Shown: piece after piece, positions 19,987-29,348 of the stretch
How positions within the stretch are numbered: position 1 is the first letter of the stretch
Layout of the letters: each line of letters begins with the position of its first letter
Origin: a virus
Taxonomy: Duplodnaviria > Caudoviricetes
Direction: 5' to 3' (one strand)
Virus record (IMG/VR): IMGVR_UViG_3300005805_000073
Span: 1-64,000 of that record
DNA: 64,000 nt
Notes under the pieces: generated by a model
The model's database searches: none
The model's input: only the letters and a program-made list of their open reading frames with translations
Told to the model about the DNA's origin: nothing
Made by a program: the position numbers and the translations under genes

Positions 19987-21135
19987 TTATCCTGCTGCAG
20001 GTGGAATGGGTTGCTTCAATGGAATAGTTGTATATTCCCAGTGCCATGATTCTTTAGGAATGTTTTTAAATCCATATGTTGCTGCATTTTGATTAAGCCA
20101 TTTAAATGTCACAGAACCATATCCACAATTTGTAACGTCAATACCAAGACCCCAACCGTGATTTGATGTTCCCGGTGTTCCGCCCAGACCCATACTTTGT
20201 GTTCTGCCTTCTGTTGAATCAGGAGGATTTTTATCATACCATCCTTTTCTCTTAATCAAATCAATGGAAACTTCAATTCGACGATACGAATCTGTGATTT
20301 TTAATGTTTGACCTGTATCTGCCTTAAACTGTACTGCCATTCTATCAAAAGCCTCTGCTGCATCTTTATATAAACGATGTCCAGGAGCTTGTGCTAATGG
20401 TGTAAGAGCATTAGGTGAAATTCTTCCGTTACGATATCCTGCATTGTACAACGCAGCTGAATTGGCTGAACTACCAATAGAATCTTTCTTGATAGGTACA
20501 CGAATAAGTTCGCCTGCTGTCCAACCTCTTTCTGGATTAGTTAATCTTCCATTATATTCAACATACCCATCAACCGTACCAGGAGACACTGCTGCACGAA
20601 CAGCAGCTTCTGCAACAGTAGCGGCACCTGACACGGCTTGTACAACAGCTCGACCTGCGCTGGTTATTGCCTCAGCTAATCTACTACGTGTTGATTCACG
20701 TTCTTTTTTCACAGCATCAGCTGATGGATAGGGTTTAGCCAGTGCAGATAATCCTTTAGATGGGAAAGTAAGTGTTCTTAATAAAGCTTCGGCAAGCTTA
20801 GATAAAATCTCAAGGATTGAAATTGATTCAGCACGTCCTGGAAATGTACCCATCATTACAGGTAATTGAGCTTCATCACCATCAAGAAAGAATCCCATGA
20901 TCCATGTACCTTCAACTGGACCTATAGGCGCACTACCTGTCCCTGACACTGAGGCTGAGGTGATAGGCATAATAGGAATAGCCCAAGGTAAATCTTTTGT
21001 GGGTAAAATTGTTTTATCAGGATTGTGATATCCCACAATTCTGACTCGACATCTTCCTAACATTTCTGGGTCATTTCTATCTTCAACTACAGCCATGAAC
21101 CAATGAAATCCCCCATTACTATACATATTAGACAT
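19987..21135 (-). CDS. gp5: gp5 N-terminal OB-fold fused to an M15B (VanY-like) peptidase
   Basis: WFMAVVEDRNDPEMLGRCRVRI.G.H...LPWA...GFFLDG..AQ.P (gp5 OB) plus DSYR...PGTSNHGWGLGID...ESWHWEY (M15B). Confidence 0.9.
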   Translation of the reverse strand: MSNMYSNGGFHWFMAVVEDRNDPEMLGRCRVRIVGYHNPDKTILPTKDLPWAIPIMPITSASVSGTGSAPIGPVEGTWIMGFFLDGDEAQLPVMMGTFPGRAESISILEILSKLAEALLRTLTFPSKGLSALAKPYPSADAVKKERESTRSRLAEAITSAGRAVVQAVSGAATVAEAAVRAAVSPGTVDGYVEYNGRLTNPERGWTAGELIRVPIKKDSIGSSANSAALYNAGYRNGRISPNALTPLAQAPGHRLYKDAAEAFDRMAVQFKADTGQTLKITDSYRRIEVSIDLIKRKGWYDKNPPDSTEGRTQSMGLGGTPGTSNHGWGLGIDVTNCGYGSVTFKWLNQNAATYGFKNIPKESWHWEYTTIPLKQPIPPAAG

Positions 21136-22535
21136 TATCCCAAACCCTTGGCATAAGATTCCTTAATCAATTCTAACTTCATTGTATATTTGCTAGGCGT
21201 GATGATATGCCGAACAGCAGTCACTAAATAACTACCTGACATATAATTATCCACAAGATTATCAATATTTTCATCTGCACCTTTCTCACCCATATGCGGA
21301 TAATAGAATTGAACAACTTCTCCTGCTTGTGTACTTGTTAATCCAGGAATAGTTATTTCTACTCTAATGTTACTTATATCATTCAACAAACTTGTTCGCT
21401 GAAGGACCCAATCTTCGTGTTTTGGTTCTTCGTAATCATCAAATATTTTTTTATGTTTAGGACGAAATACTTGATAGGACATCACATTTCGAATTTGTTC
21501 TGAAGGAAATGTAGGTGCTTCACGATCCATTAAATGTTCATACTTAGAAAAATTACTTGGAAAATCCCAAATGAATTCTTTAAATCGTTTGGTCACTACA
21601 TCAAATTCATATAAAATAGACGCATAGTGCCCGTGTTCTTGACTTCGGAGCACATCAAAATTTCTAGGTACATCAACTTTTTCTACTTTCTTATATCCTT
21701 CAGATAATGTATTTTTTGTTTTATCCTTTTCAGAAATTTTCTTAATCATGGAATCGTCAAAACCATAAAAATACATTTTTCTGTTTGTTACATCTTCTTG
21801 AGCTTTGAAGATGCTATCAATGCTTGCAAAATAAAATTGTTGAGATGTTTCCCAAAACAATGTATTAGGTGCTTCACTATCTGTATCAATATGTCGATTT
21901 GCCAACCAGTTAATACATTTCATGGGACTCCACATAGGCGCCACCCATACAACCTTATTTTTTGAATCTACCCCTGGCTTCAATGCTAAATTTGTTCGTA
22001 ACTTCGACGGCATACCTTCTTTCCAATCAGGGATGGTCAATGTTTCACCTGCAGATAATCCATTAGGTACAGGATAATCTTTTTCCCATACTCTAGGCAT
22101 TGACAAATACTTGTCAAAAATTTCTTTGGCAATTTCATGAGTTTTGCCATTAAATTTCTTCGACACATAGGTAACAGTGTCAACTGCACCCTCCATAGAA
22201 ATCAACGACATCATATACATCTGCTGACGGTCTGTGCTTACAGGACTTCTATCTCGCACAGCATAGACATAAAATGCCTTGGCAAAAACATCAGTATCTT
22301 CAAACCCCGGTACCACATAGCGAATGTTCATCACTTCGCCGCCTGTTAATGGGATAGTACCTATCAAATTAGCGCCATCAGATACCACCACAGTAGCCGA
22401 CAAGGTGTTTGAAAAAATATCTTCATAGATAGATAGTTCCACAATAAATTCTGTGAAGTCATATTCTTGTCCACCCTTAAACAACTTCACTTCAGTTATA
22501 TTAATGGACCCAGGTTTTATAGGGATTTCAGCCAT
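21135..22535 (-). CDS. Baseplate hub protein (gp27-like)
   Basis: IVELSIYEDIFSNTLS...D...LI...PLTGGE and AGEVV.F...SG.YLVTAVRH motifs; position between gp53 and gp5. Confidence 0.7.
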   Translation of the reverse strand: MAEIPIKPGSINITEVKLFKGGQEYDFTEFIVELSIYEDIFSNTLSATVVVSDGANLIGTIPLTGGEVMNIRYVVPGFEDTDVFAKAFYVYAVRDRSPVSTDRQQMYMMSLISMEGAVDTVTYVSKKFNGKTHEIAKEIFDKYLSMPRVWEKDYPVPNGLSAGETLTIPDWKEGMPSKLRTNLALKPGVDSKNKVVWVAPMWSPMKCINWLANRHIDTDSEAPNTLFWETSQQFYFASIDSIFKAQEDVTNRKMYFYGFDDSMIKKISEKDKTKNTLSEGYKKVEKVDVPRNFDVLRSQEHGHYASILYEFDVVTKRFKEFIWDFPSNFSKYEHLMDREAPTFPSEQIRNVMSYQVFRPKHKKIFDDYEEPKHEDWVLQRTSLLNDISNIRVEITIPGLTSTQAGEVVQFYYPHMGEKGADENIDNLVDNYMSGSYLVTAVRHIITPSKYTMKLELIKESYAKGLG

Positions 22536-22537
22536 GA

Positions 22538-23275
22538 TTAATAGGGAGCTTGATTATATGCTGTGATGAACTGTTGTAGAAATACGGGTTCAATTAATTT
22601 AATGTTGCGCTTAGCTTCATTTTTTTCTGTCTCATATTCGTATATAGACACAGAATATATATCACCATTGGTAGCCAATACAGCATCGTAATCCACAACA
22701 TATCCTGTTGTTGTATCACGCCATTCATACACATCACTAGAAAGATTGTCTGGATATTTCAAATCAATCATGTCAGTAAGTTGACGTTCAGATAAAGGCC
22801 ATTCTTCTCTTGGGTCTGTGATTTCATTAATAATGAGAATGACCCAATGATATAAAGGTGTACCATAAAACTTGTACGATACATTTTCAGGTGTATCACC
22901 ATCAGATACCACATAAGGAACTAGAATTGTGGATTTTTCCAAATATTTTTTTGTAGGTTGAATTCTAACCAATATATCCGTCATTGTGATGGGACTACCT
23001 AAATCACTTTTTATAAAATTTCTTACTGTGGCCACACCTGAATATGCCTCTGCTTCTTCTTCAAGATAACATTTAGTATCAGTATCAATTCTAGAAATCA
23101 TACCCACCATAATATCATTTACATATAATTCTGCACCAGGTGTTATTTCTCTAATAAACAAGGTGTTTGTTCCTGTAATTATTTTTCCAGAAATAGAAAT
23201 GGTACCTGTTAACGTACTATCCGTTCCTGTGAATTCTGAAACAGGGACTATAATTTGAGGTAAATTACGCAACAT
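22538..23275 (-). CDS. gp53: Baseplate wedge subunit gp53 with N-terminal inserted module
   Basis: YVVSDGDTPENVSYKFYG...HWVILIINEITDP..EWPLS motif. Confidence 0.9.
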   Translation of the reverse strand: MLRNLPQIIVPVSEFTGTDSTLTGTISISGKIITGTNTLFIREITPGAELYVNDIMVGMISRIDTDTKCYLEEEAEAYSGVATVRNFIKSDLGSPITMTDILVRIQPTKKYLEKSTILVPYVVSDGDTPENVSYKFYGTPLYHWVILIINEITDPREEWPLSERQLTDMIDLKYPDNLSSDVYEWRDTTTGYVVDYDAVLATNGDIYSVSIYEYETEKNEAKRNIKLIEPVFLQQFITAYNQAPY

Positions 23276-24336
23276 TATAGATTCTCATTGGCTACACGGT
23301 CGCCTGTGATAGGTACGATTTCTCGGAATGTTAAGCTCATCACAATATCAGCTGGAACACCGCCACTGTTTTTAAATGTAACAAAGTCTTGTCCCCCATA
23401 TTTTACTGTCATATTGGTTAACACACAATCACTAAATTGATGAACATGAGTATTTACCGATCCTTGGTACATATAATATAAGGAAAATTCTGAAGGATAG
23501 ATAAGATAAAAGGCATTTTCTGCCACTTCAGGTAACATATTTTGACGTAAAATTTTTATAATTTGTAAAGCATTTTGAGCTTCAGCTACACTGCCGGGAA
23601 GAAAAGTATACTCAAAAGTAAAGGTACGAAATTCAACTTGTTTGAAAATTTGTTCACGATAAGGATTTTTAATCTTACCAAGTCCTTTAGTGACGGCAGC
23701 ACGTTGTGCGGCAGCATCCGCCTGTGTTAATAATTCTCCTTTTTTACTTGGATTAATTTTATCTAACATGGCTTCACCTGCTATACCTTTGGCAATATTG
23801 AATGCACCTATTTTTCCCCCGGATAATACAGCACCTAAAGCTTGTTCTTCCCAAGTAGCGGAATATTCAGCTCTAGGGGGTTCTTGTAATCCTAGACATA
23901 TGGATTTTGCTAAGGTTGTTAACTGATTACTACCTGAAATCGCTGCTGCACCTAATCCAGCAAGAGCTCTACCACCTTTAGCTAGTAAATTTCCTGTAAC
24001 TATTTTTTCTGTTAAAGAACCACCCCCAGCAGCAGATGCTCCTACGATAGCGGCAGTAGTTCCTGCATTTCCAGCATCTGCACGGCGTGCACTAGTTTCT
24101 GTATAAGTTCCGCCGGTGGTTCCTCCACCTCTGGCTTGACTATTCTGTTCTCGAACACGGATAAGAATTTTCAACCAATGAGGTTGTTCTGGTGTTCCTA
24201 CACCTTCAGGATATCGAAGCTGTTCAGTTGAACGTGATGTGGATGCTCCTTCTTGATACCTAGGCTGACTGGCAACTGAGGCATCTTGTGAGCTTACACC
24301 ATTAGGTCCCGGTGCGGCAGGAGTTTGATTAGCCAT
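23275..24336 (-). CDS. gp48: Baseplate tail-tube cap gp48
   Basis: NPYREQIFKQVEFRTFTFEYTF.P.S..EA...YP.EF motif. Confidence 0.9.
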   Translation of the reverse strand: MANQTPAAPGPNGVSSQDASVASQPRYQEGASTSRSTEQLRYPEGVGTPEQPHWLKILIRVREQNSQARGGGTTGGTYTETSARRADAGNAGTTAAIVGASAAGGGSLTEKIVTGNLLAKGGRALAGLGAAAISGSNQLTTLAKSICLGLQEPPRAEYSATWEEQALGAVLSGGKIGAFNIAKGIAGEAMLDKINPSKKGELLTQADAAAQRAAVTKGLGKIKNPYREQIFKQVEFRTFTFEYTFLPGSVAEAQNALQIIKILRQNMLPEVAENAFYLIYPSEFSLYYMYQGSVNTHVHQFSDCVLTNMTVKYGGQDFVTFKNSGGVPADIVMSLTFREIVPITGDRVANENL

Positions 24337-24366
24337 CTAAATATTCCTATATGGAGTGTTACCAAT

Positions 24367-24374
24367 TATTTATA
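24367..24374 (-). promoter_or_regulatory. T4-type late promoter TATAAATA for the leftward baseplate operon
   Basis: Exact consensus 30 nt upstream of gp48, overlapping the gp4 start. Confidence 0.8.
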
Positions 24375-24841
24375 TGGCCTATACGAAAGATACCTATCGA
24401 GGACGATACGTTCCTAAAAATCCACACAAATATCGTGGAGATGTCACCAATATTGTATATCGTTCAAGTTATGAAGTACGATTCATGAAATGGTGTGACT
24501 ATAATGAAGGGGTAATGGAATGGGGTTCAGAGGAGATTGTGGTCCCCTATCTGAACCCCATGGACAGAAAAATTCACAGATATTTTGTGGACTTCTTCAT
24601 CAAGATTAAGACGAAAGATGGTAAGTTGAAGAAGTATTTAATAGAGGTGAAACCATTTCGTTTCACACAAGAACCTCAAATCCCTAAAAGGAAAACTCAA
24701 CGTTTCATGAGTGAGGTTGTACAATGGGCTGTAAATAATGCAAAATGGGATGCGGCCCGTAAAGCGGCTTCACAACATGGATGGGAGTTTATGCTCATCA
24801 CAGAGAAAGACTTGGGTGTTTTACAAAACTCAGATAAATAG
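24374..24841 (+). CDS. gp4: Head completion nuclease gp4
   Basis: Y.GRY.PKNP.KYRGD..NIVYRSS.E...WGSEE...YFVDF...IEVKP motif; start moved to MAYTK. Confidence 0.95.
   Translation: MAYTKDTYRGRYVPKNPHKYRGDVTNIVYRSSYEVRFMKWCDYNEGVMEWGSEEIVVPYLNPMDRKIHRYFVDFFIKIKTKDGKLKKYLIEVKPFRFTQEPQIPKRKTQRFMSEVVQWAVNNAKWDAARKAASQHGWEFMLITEKDLGVLQNSDK
24833..24840 (+). promoter_or_regulatory. Possible late promoter variant GATAAATA upstream of gp2
   Basis: One mismatch to TATAAATA; overlaps the end of gp4. Confidence 0.5.
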
Positions 24842-24874
24842 TAAGAGTATTTTTACTTCATCCCCAACATAGTG

Positions 24875-24903
24875 ATTTTAACACCTTGTCAAGCCCTAGT
24901 CAA
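24875..24903 (-). promoter_or_regulatory. Sigma70-type promoter TTGACT-N17-TAAAAT pointing antisense into gp4
   Basis: Near-consensus hexamers with 17-nt spacing; a second TTGACA is nested in the spacer. Confidence 0.6.
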
Positions 24904-24923
24904 GCCCCCAATTTCACCACTTT

Positions 24924-25505
24924 ATGAAAACTAATAATCCCTTTGAAGCTCTACGTACCGGAAGTAAGGAAAAGAAATCCTATCAATGGTATCAAGCTCA
25001 AATTAGAAAATTAGGATTGAACAGTTTAACACCTGAAAAGACTTTGGACTCTGGTATAGGAAAACTAGTGGCTAAGGTTGAAATAGGAAAAATGTACTTG
25101 TTCATGTATAGTCCAAAGATGTTCAAGACACTTCCTTACTATGATGAATTTCCATTGGTGATGCCATTCAATGCCATTAAAGGAGGATTTGCTGGGTTGA
25201 ACCTTCACTATATTCCCCCTTTATTACGCATGAAACTTTTAGATAGTTTGTTGAAGTTGAGTGACACCCCCGCGTTAACTAAAACAACAAAACTCAGAAT
25301 GACTTGGGATATTGTGGGGAATTTTTCTCGCTTTCCTGAAACAAGAGCCTGTGTGAAACGATATCTTTTACCAAATGTACAATCTCGGTTTCTTGAAATA
25401 AATCCACAAGATTGGAAAGCTGCTATACTTCTTCCTGTTGAATCCTTCCAAAATGAAACAAAGTCAAACGTGTATCAAATTTCAAGAGAGCTTATAGATG
25501 CTTAA
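24924..25505 (+). CDS. gp2: DNA end protector gp2
   Basis: GKMYLF.Y.PK...LPYYD.FPL...GLNLHY.P...CVKRYL motif. Confidence 0.9.
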   Translation: MKTNNPFEALRTGSKEKKSYQWYQAQIRKLGLNSLTPEKTLDSGIGKLVAKVEIGKMYLFMYSPKMFKTLPYYDEFPLVMPFNAIKGGFAGLNLHYIPPLLRMKLLDSLLKLSDTPALTKTTKLRMTWDIVGNFSRFPETRACVKRYLLPNVQSRFLEINPQDWKAAILLPVESFQNETKSNVYQISRELIDA

Positions 25506-25517
25506 TGGAGACATGAA

Positions 25518-26084
25518 ATGTCAATAGAACAATTTCTCACCGTTGTTCGTAGTAAAGGATTGGCCCGTGTTGAGAAATTTTCAGCCAGAATATATCCTCC
25601 TGCATCATTGACAGCTGCAGGACCTGAAAATGACACACTGATGTTGATGTGTGAAGAGGCCGCCTTTCCTGGAAAAACTGTTCTAACCAGAGCCGCCCGT
25701 ATCCACAATTTAAATATACAACGTCCTTCTACTGTAGATTTCTTTGGTGAATCAGCCAACTTCACCTTCTTTATGGATTCTGAATGGAAAGTGAAAACAT
25801 TCTTTGATAACTGGATGGATACAATTATTGGAACATCCCGTGAGGTGTCCCCTTATAATGATATCATAGGAAATGTAGAAATTTATGCTGTACATGAAGG
25901 TGCTATAGGAGAAGATACATCAACCGCCTATAAAGAAACAATTCGTTATAAAATAAAATTACATGAAGCATTTCCTAAATCAATGAACTTAATGCAGGTG
26001 TCATATTCTACACCAGGTATTCATCGGTTAAACGTGGGATTTGCCTATAAATATTGGACTGTTGAAAATTATAACCAGGGTTAA
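25518..26084 (+). CDS. Tail tube / baseplate-tail tube initiator (gp54/gp19 family)
   Basis: CE...PG...FF.WMD.I...L.EAFP..M....S......L.V.FAY..W motif. Confidence 0.8.
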   Translation: MSIEQFLTVVRSKGLARVEKFSARIYPPASLTAAGPENDTLMLMCEEAAFPGKTVLTRAARIHNLNIQRPSTVDFFGESANFTFFMDSEWKVKTFFDNWMDTIIGTSREVSPYNDIIGNVEIYAVHEGAIGEDTSTAYKETIRYKIKLHEAFPKSMNLMQVSYSTPGIHRLNVGFAYKYWTVENYNQG

Positions 26085-26087
26085 ATT

Positions 26088-26786
26088 ATGAAACTAAATC
26101 ATTTACCAACATTTGAAACCACATTACCTATCACAAAACAACAAATCTCTTTTCGTCCTTTTGTGATGAAAGAAGAAAAATTGTTGTTATTGGCATCAGA
26201 AAGTGAGGATAGAGAATCCATTTATCGTGCTTTAAACGATTCTATTAAAGCATGTACAAATGATGCTGTCTCATGTGATACTCATCCTATGGTTGATGTA
26301 CAAAAATTATTTCTTGAAATTCGAGGAAAATCTGTAGGAGAAATCATTGAGTTCAATTTAGTTTGCGGTAACTGTAAACACACAACACCTTCATCATTAG
26401 ATGTAAATACTGTTGAAGTAAAGTTTGATGAAGGACATACTAATGTTATCAAGCTTTCAAACGATTTGATTGTGACTATGAGATATCCAAAGCTCAAACA
26501 TCTTTCAAATCTATCGAATCCTGAAGGATCCATTGATGACATCTATGATATGGTAGCTGATTGTATTGAAATTATACAAACCAAGGATGAAGTGTATAAT
26601 CGTGAGAACGCCTCGAATTCAGACTTTCGTGAATTTATTGACAACATCACAAGTGGACAATTTGAAACATTGAAGGAATTTTTTGACACCATGCCAGTGA
26701 TTCATCATGACATTCGCTTTTCATGTCCAAAATGTGCTCGAAACAATTTAGTTAACATCAACGAGATTGTAAATTTTTTCGTCTAA
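26088..26786 (+). CDS. gp26: Baseplate hub assembly protein gp26
   Basis: FRPFVMKEEKLLLLA...D...LFL.IRGKSVGE...C..C...MRYP...C.KC motif. Confidence 0.9.
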   Translation: MKLNHLPTFETTLPITKQQISFRPFVMKEEKLLLLASESEDRESIYRALNDSIKACTNDAVSCDTHPMVDVQKLFLEIRGKSVGEIIEFNLVCGNCKHTTPSSLDVNTVEVKFDEGHTNVIKLSNDLIVTMRYPKLKHLSNLSNPEGSIDDIYDMVADCIEIIQTKDEVYNRENASNSDFREFIDNITSGQFETLKEFFDTMPVIHHDIRFSCPKCARNNLVNINEIVNFFV

Positions 26787-26962
26787 CTCTTTCTCATGAT
26801 TCAGTTGTAAATTATTATGAAACCAACTTTATTTTGATGCAGGAACATCAATATTCTTTAACCGAGCTAGAGAATATGATGCCATGGGAAAGAGATGTGT
26901 ATATTGGGATGTTGATTCGTCATCTTGAAAAGAAAGCTCAGAAGAAAAATTCTCAATACTAA
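26774..26962 (+). CDS. gp51: gp51-like baseplate hub assembly protein in the -1 frame of gp26; not in the ORF track
   Basis: Manual translation FFRLTLSHDSVVNYYETNFILMQEHQYSLTELENMMPWERDVYIGMLIRHLEKKAQKKNSQY* contains the LMQ.H.YSLTELENMMPWER motif. The first ATG is at 26837, inside the conserved region. Confidence 0.85.
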   Translation, partial: FFRLTLSHDSVVNYYETNFILMQEHQYSLTELENMMPWERDVYIGMLIRHLEKKAQKKNSQY

Positions 26963-26975
26963 CAGGTAAAGATTC

Positions 26976-29345
26976 ATGGTACAAAAAGGTAAAACTACCA
27001 AGACCAAAAGAACACAACAGACAAAAGGTAAGTCAAAGGACCAACTGGCCCGTGACCTGCAAGCCGGATTGTTAAATAGTTCTCCTGCACATAATATGGA
27101 GCGCAATGTTGAGTTTGGTGGAAAAATGACTACTAGTATTGGGTCTATAATTGAAAATCTTACTGTAGAAAATGATGTAACACTTTCTGAAGAACAAAAT
27201 AAATTGTTCCAAGAAATGTTAAAGGCATTAAAAAAGATTTCTACTAGTACAGGTGATACCTCACGTGACCGTGAAGAATTGCGAACCATGATGGCTAAAA
27301 TGGTTGTACAAACAGAAAAACAAACAGAACAATTACAAAAAGAAGTAGAAAAGAGTGATAAGTCAATAGAAAGCAAGGAAGAAGAAATTCGTTATCTTCA
27401 ACAATGGCAAGATAAAGCAGAAGAAGATGCTAATCTGTCTGAGGATGAGAAAGAGGCTATTAAGAAAGACCTTGAAGGACGAAAGAAAGAACTAGAAGTT
27501 TTACAAGCAGAAAAACAAAAACTTCAAAAAACAAAAGAAAGTCAGGAAAAACTATCCCAAGATATCAAGGGAAAAATGGAAGAACCTGAGCCCAAGAGAT
27601 TGACATTAAAAGGCGCCATCAAAGGTGACATGACCAATATGTTACAGGGTATGATTCCTGGATTGGATTGGACTCCAAAGCCTGGCCAGGGTTATCGGGA
27701 TATGTTGAAGGGTAATACAAAAGAATTGTTCACAGGAAAAGGATTCATGAAAGCATTTAATAGTGTGCTTCTTGAACCAGGTAAACATGCCCCATCAAAT
27801 GAACAACTAATTGAATCTCAACGTTTGGCATCAAAGCAAGAAGAAGAATTACAAGGATTACAGGCTAGAATGATAGGAAATGAAGAAAAGAAGCCTGAAA
27901 CCAGTGGTGCTATAGAACAAGCCACAACAGAAGCAGCTCCTGAAAGTCTCTTACCAACTCTTACAAGTTTGTTAGAAGAAGTGGCTGTCATCAGAAAGAT
28001 TGTTGAAGGAAGTTTGGAACGAGATAAGGGTGGAAAATATCGTAGTACTGACACCGGTGAATATCTTGATAAAGAAAAGGTACGAACTGCAGGAACTGGA
28101 TTGTACACAAAGAATGAATTGAATCAACAATTAAGACTTTCTGAAACAGAACTAAAGAAAACAAAAATTGATGAGCTAGAACGTATGGCTGTGGAAGAGG
28201 GTCGTATCTCTCCTCTTGAACGAGCCTTGCCTGAAGAATCTGTTGATGAAGTGGAGGAAGATGTTGTTAAGGGTGAAATAGCAGAACCTACAAAGATGCT
28301 CGAAACTCTTGAAGAACAAGGAAAAATTCAGACAAAGGTTCTGACAACACTTGAAGAAATTGAAAAAGATACAACAATCAGTGCCAAGGTAGATAAGGAA
28401 CTTGATGCTGAGAAAGATGCAGATGAATCAACTTTGGATACCAAAGAAGATAATTTAGTGAAGGGGTCTGTCCAAGCTGAAAAGAAAGAAACGGCAGTTG
28501 CTACTATGGAAGGAGGACCCGAATCTCAAGGAGGGGGTAATCCTCTACTTGATAGATTGAAAAATAGAATCATGAATAGAGTGGGGGCACGTTTAGGAGA
28601 TATGGCAAAATCTAGAACAGGTATGAGTGGCAGAGTACTTCGAGGTGCTTCTCGTATGCTAGGTGGCGGAGGAGGAGGCGGATTACGTGCCGCAGGAATG
28701 TTAACTAGGGCTGCTCCTTTAGTGACTGGTGCCGGAACTGCTGCGGCCGGAGGCGCCGCAGCCGCTGGCGGAGCAGCCGCAGCAGGAGGTGCCGCAGCCG
28801 CAGGTGGTTTGGCTGCTGGGGGTGCTGCTGCTGGGGGTGCCGCAGCCGCAGGTGGATTGGCGGCAGGTGCCGGAGGAGCAGCTGCAGCAGGCGGCGCCGC
28901 AGCCGCAGGCGGAGCAGCCGCAGCAGGAGGTGGAGCTATGGCAGCCTTGGGAGGTGCAGCAGCAGCTGCCGCACCGTTTGTGTTAGGAGCTCTGGCTGTA
29001 GGGGCCATTGGTTATGGTGCTTACAAATTATGGCAATGGCGAAAGAAGAAGCGTGAAGAAAAGAAACAACAGGAAGAATTAAAGAAAGCCATGATGCAGG
29101 CACAAATTGCACAAGCAAGTCAGATGGCAAACAATAAGCCTGCCACAAGTACTGCACAACAAGTTTCTTCTGCAACCGAAGCAGCAACACCTGATATGCC
29201 AAGTTCAGGCACATCAACAACCATCAATAATATGGGGGTGGCATCAGGAGGCGGCGATCCTATTACACCGCCCGGCCCCACATCGGTTCGTATTCAAGAC
29301 AATAGTTTCATACGATTCCAAGATAAACGAACAGCACGGGTATAG
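26976..29345 (+). CDS. Tape-measure / baseplate hub gp29-like protein
   Basis: 789 aa with a charged coiled-coil N-terminus and a Gly/Ala hydrophobic segment; follows gp26/gp51. Confidence 0.65.
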   Translation: MVQKGKTTKTKRTQQTKGKSKDQLARDLQAGLLNSSPAHNMERNVEFGGKMTTSIGSIIENLTVENDVTLSEEQNKLFQEMLKALKKISTSTGDTSRDREELRTMMAKMVVQTEKQTEQLQKEVEKSDKSIESKEEEIRYLQQWQDKAEEDANLSEDEKEAIKKDLEGRKKELEVLQAEKQKLQKTKESQEKLSQDIKGKMEEPEPKRLTLKGAIKGDMTNMLQGMIPGLDWTPKPGQGYRDMLKGNTKELFTGKGFMKAFNSVLLEPGKHAPSNEQLIESQRLASKQEEELQGLQARMIGNEEKKPETSGAIEQATTEAAPESLLPTLTSLLEEVAVIRKIVEGSLERDKGGKYRSTDTGEYLDKEKVRTAGTGLYTKNELNQQLRLSETELKKTKIDELERMAVEEGRISPLERALPEESVDEVEEDVVKGEIAEPTKMLETLEEQGKIQTKVLTTLEEIEKDTTISAKVDKELDAEKDADESTLDTKEDNLVKGSVQAEKKETAVATMEGGPESQGGGNPLLDRLKNRIMNRVGARLGDMAKSRTGMSGRVLRGASRMLGGGGGGGLRAAGMLTRAAPLVTGAGTAAAGGAAAAGGAAAAGGAAAAGGLAAGGAAAGGAAAAGGLAAGAGGAAAAGGAAAAGGAAAAGGGAMAALGGAAAAAAPFVLGALAVGAIGYGAYKLWQWRKKKREEKKQQEELKKAMMQAQIAQASQMANNKPATSTAQQVSSATEAATPDMPSSGTSTTINNMGVASGGGDPITPPGPTSVRIQDNSFIRFQDKRTARV
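28735..28965. repeat. GC-rich tandem repeats encoding (A)AAAGG units
   Basis: More than ten imperfect gccgcagccgc(a/t)ggcgga-type units. Confidence 0.9.
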
Positions 29346-29348
29346 CAG

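Noticed and set aside
19981-19989. Genome-wide stop-codon reassignment explaining the split gp5
   Set aside because: TAA, TAG and TGA all terminate conserved genes at the expected lengths elsewhere, so the standard code fits.
28526-29008. Pro/Ala-rich minus-strand ORF (160 aa)
   Set aside because: It is the antisense shadow of the Gly/Ala repeat in the plus-strand gene. Most other short opposite-strand ORFs in the track are similar shadows.
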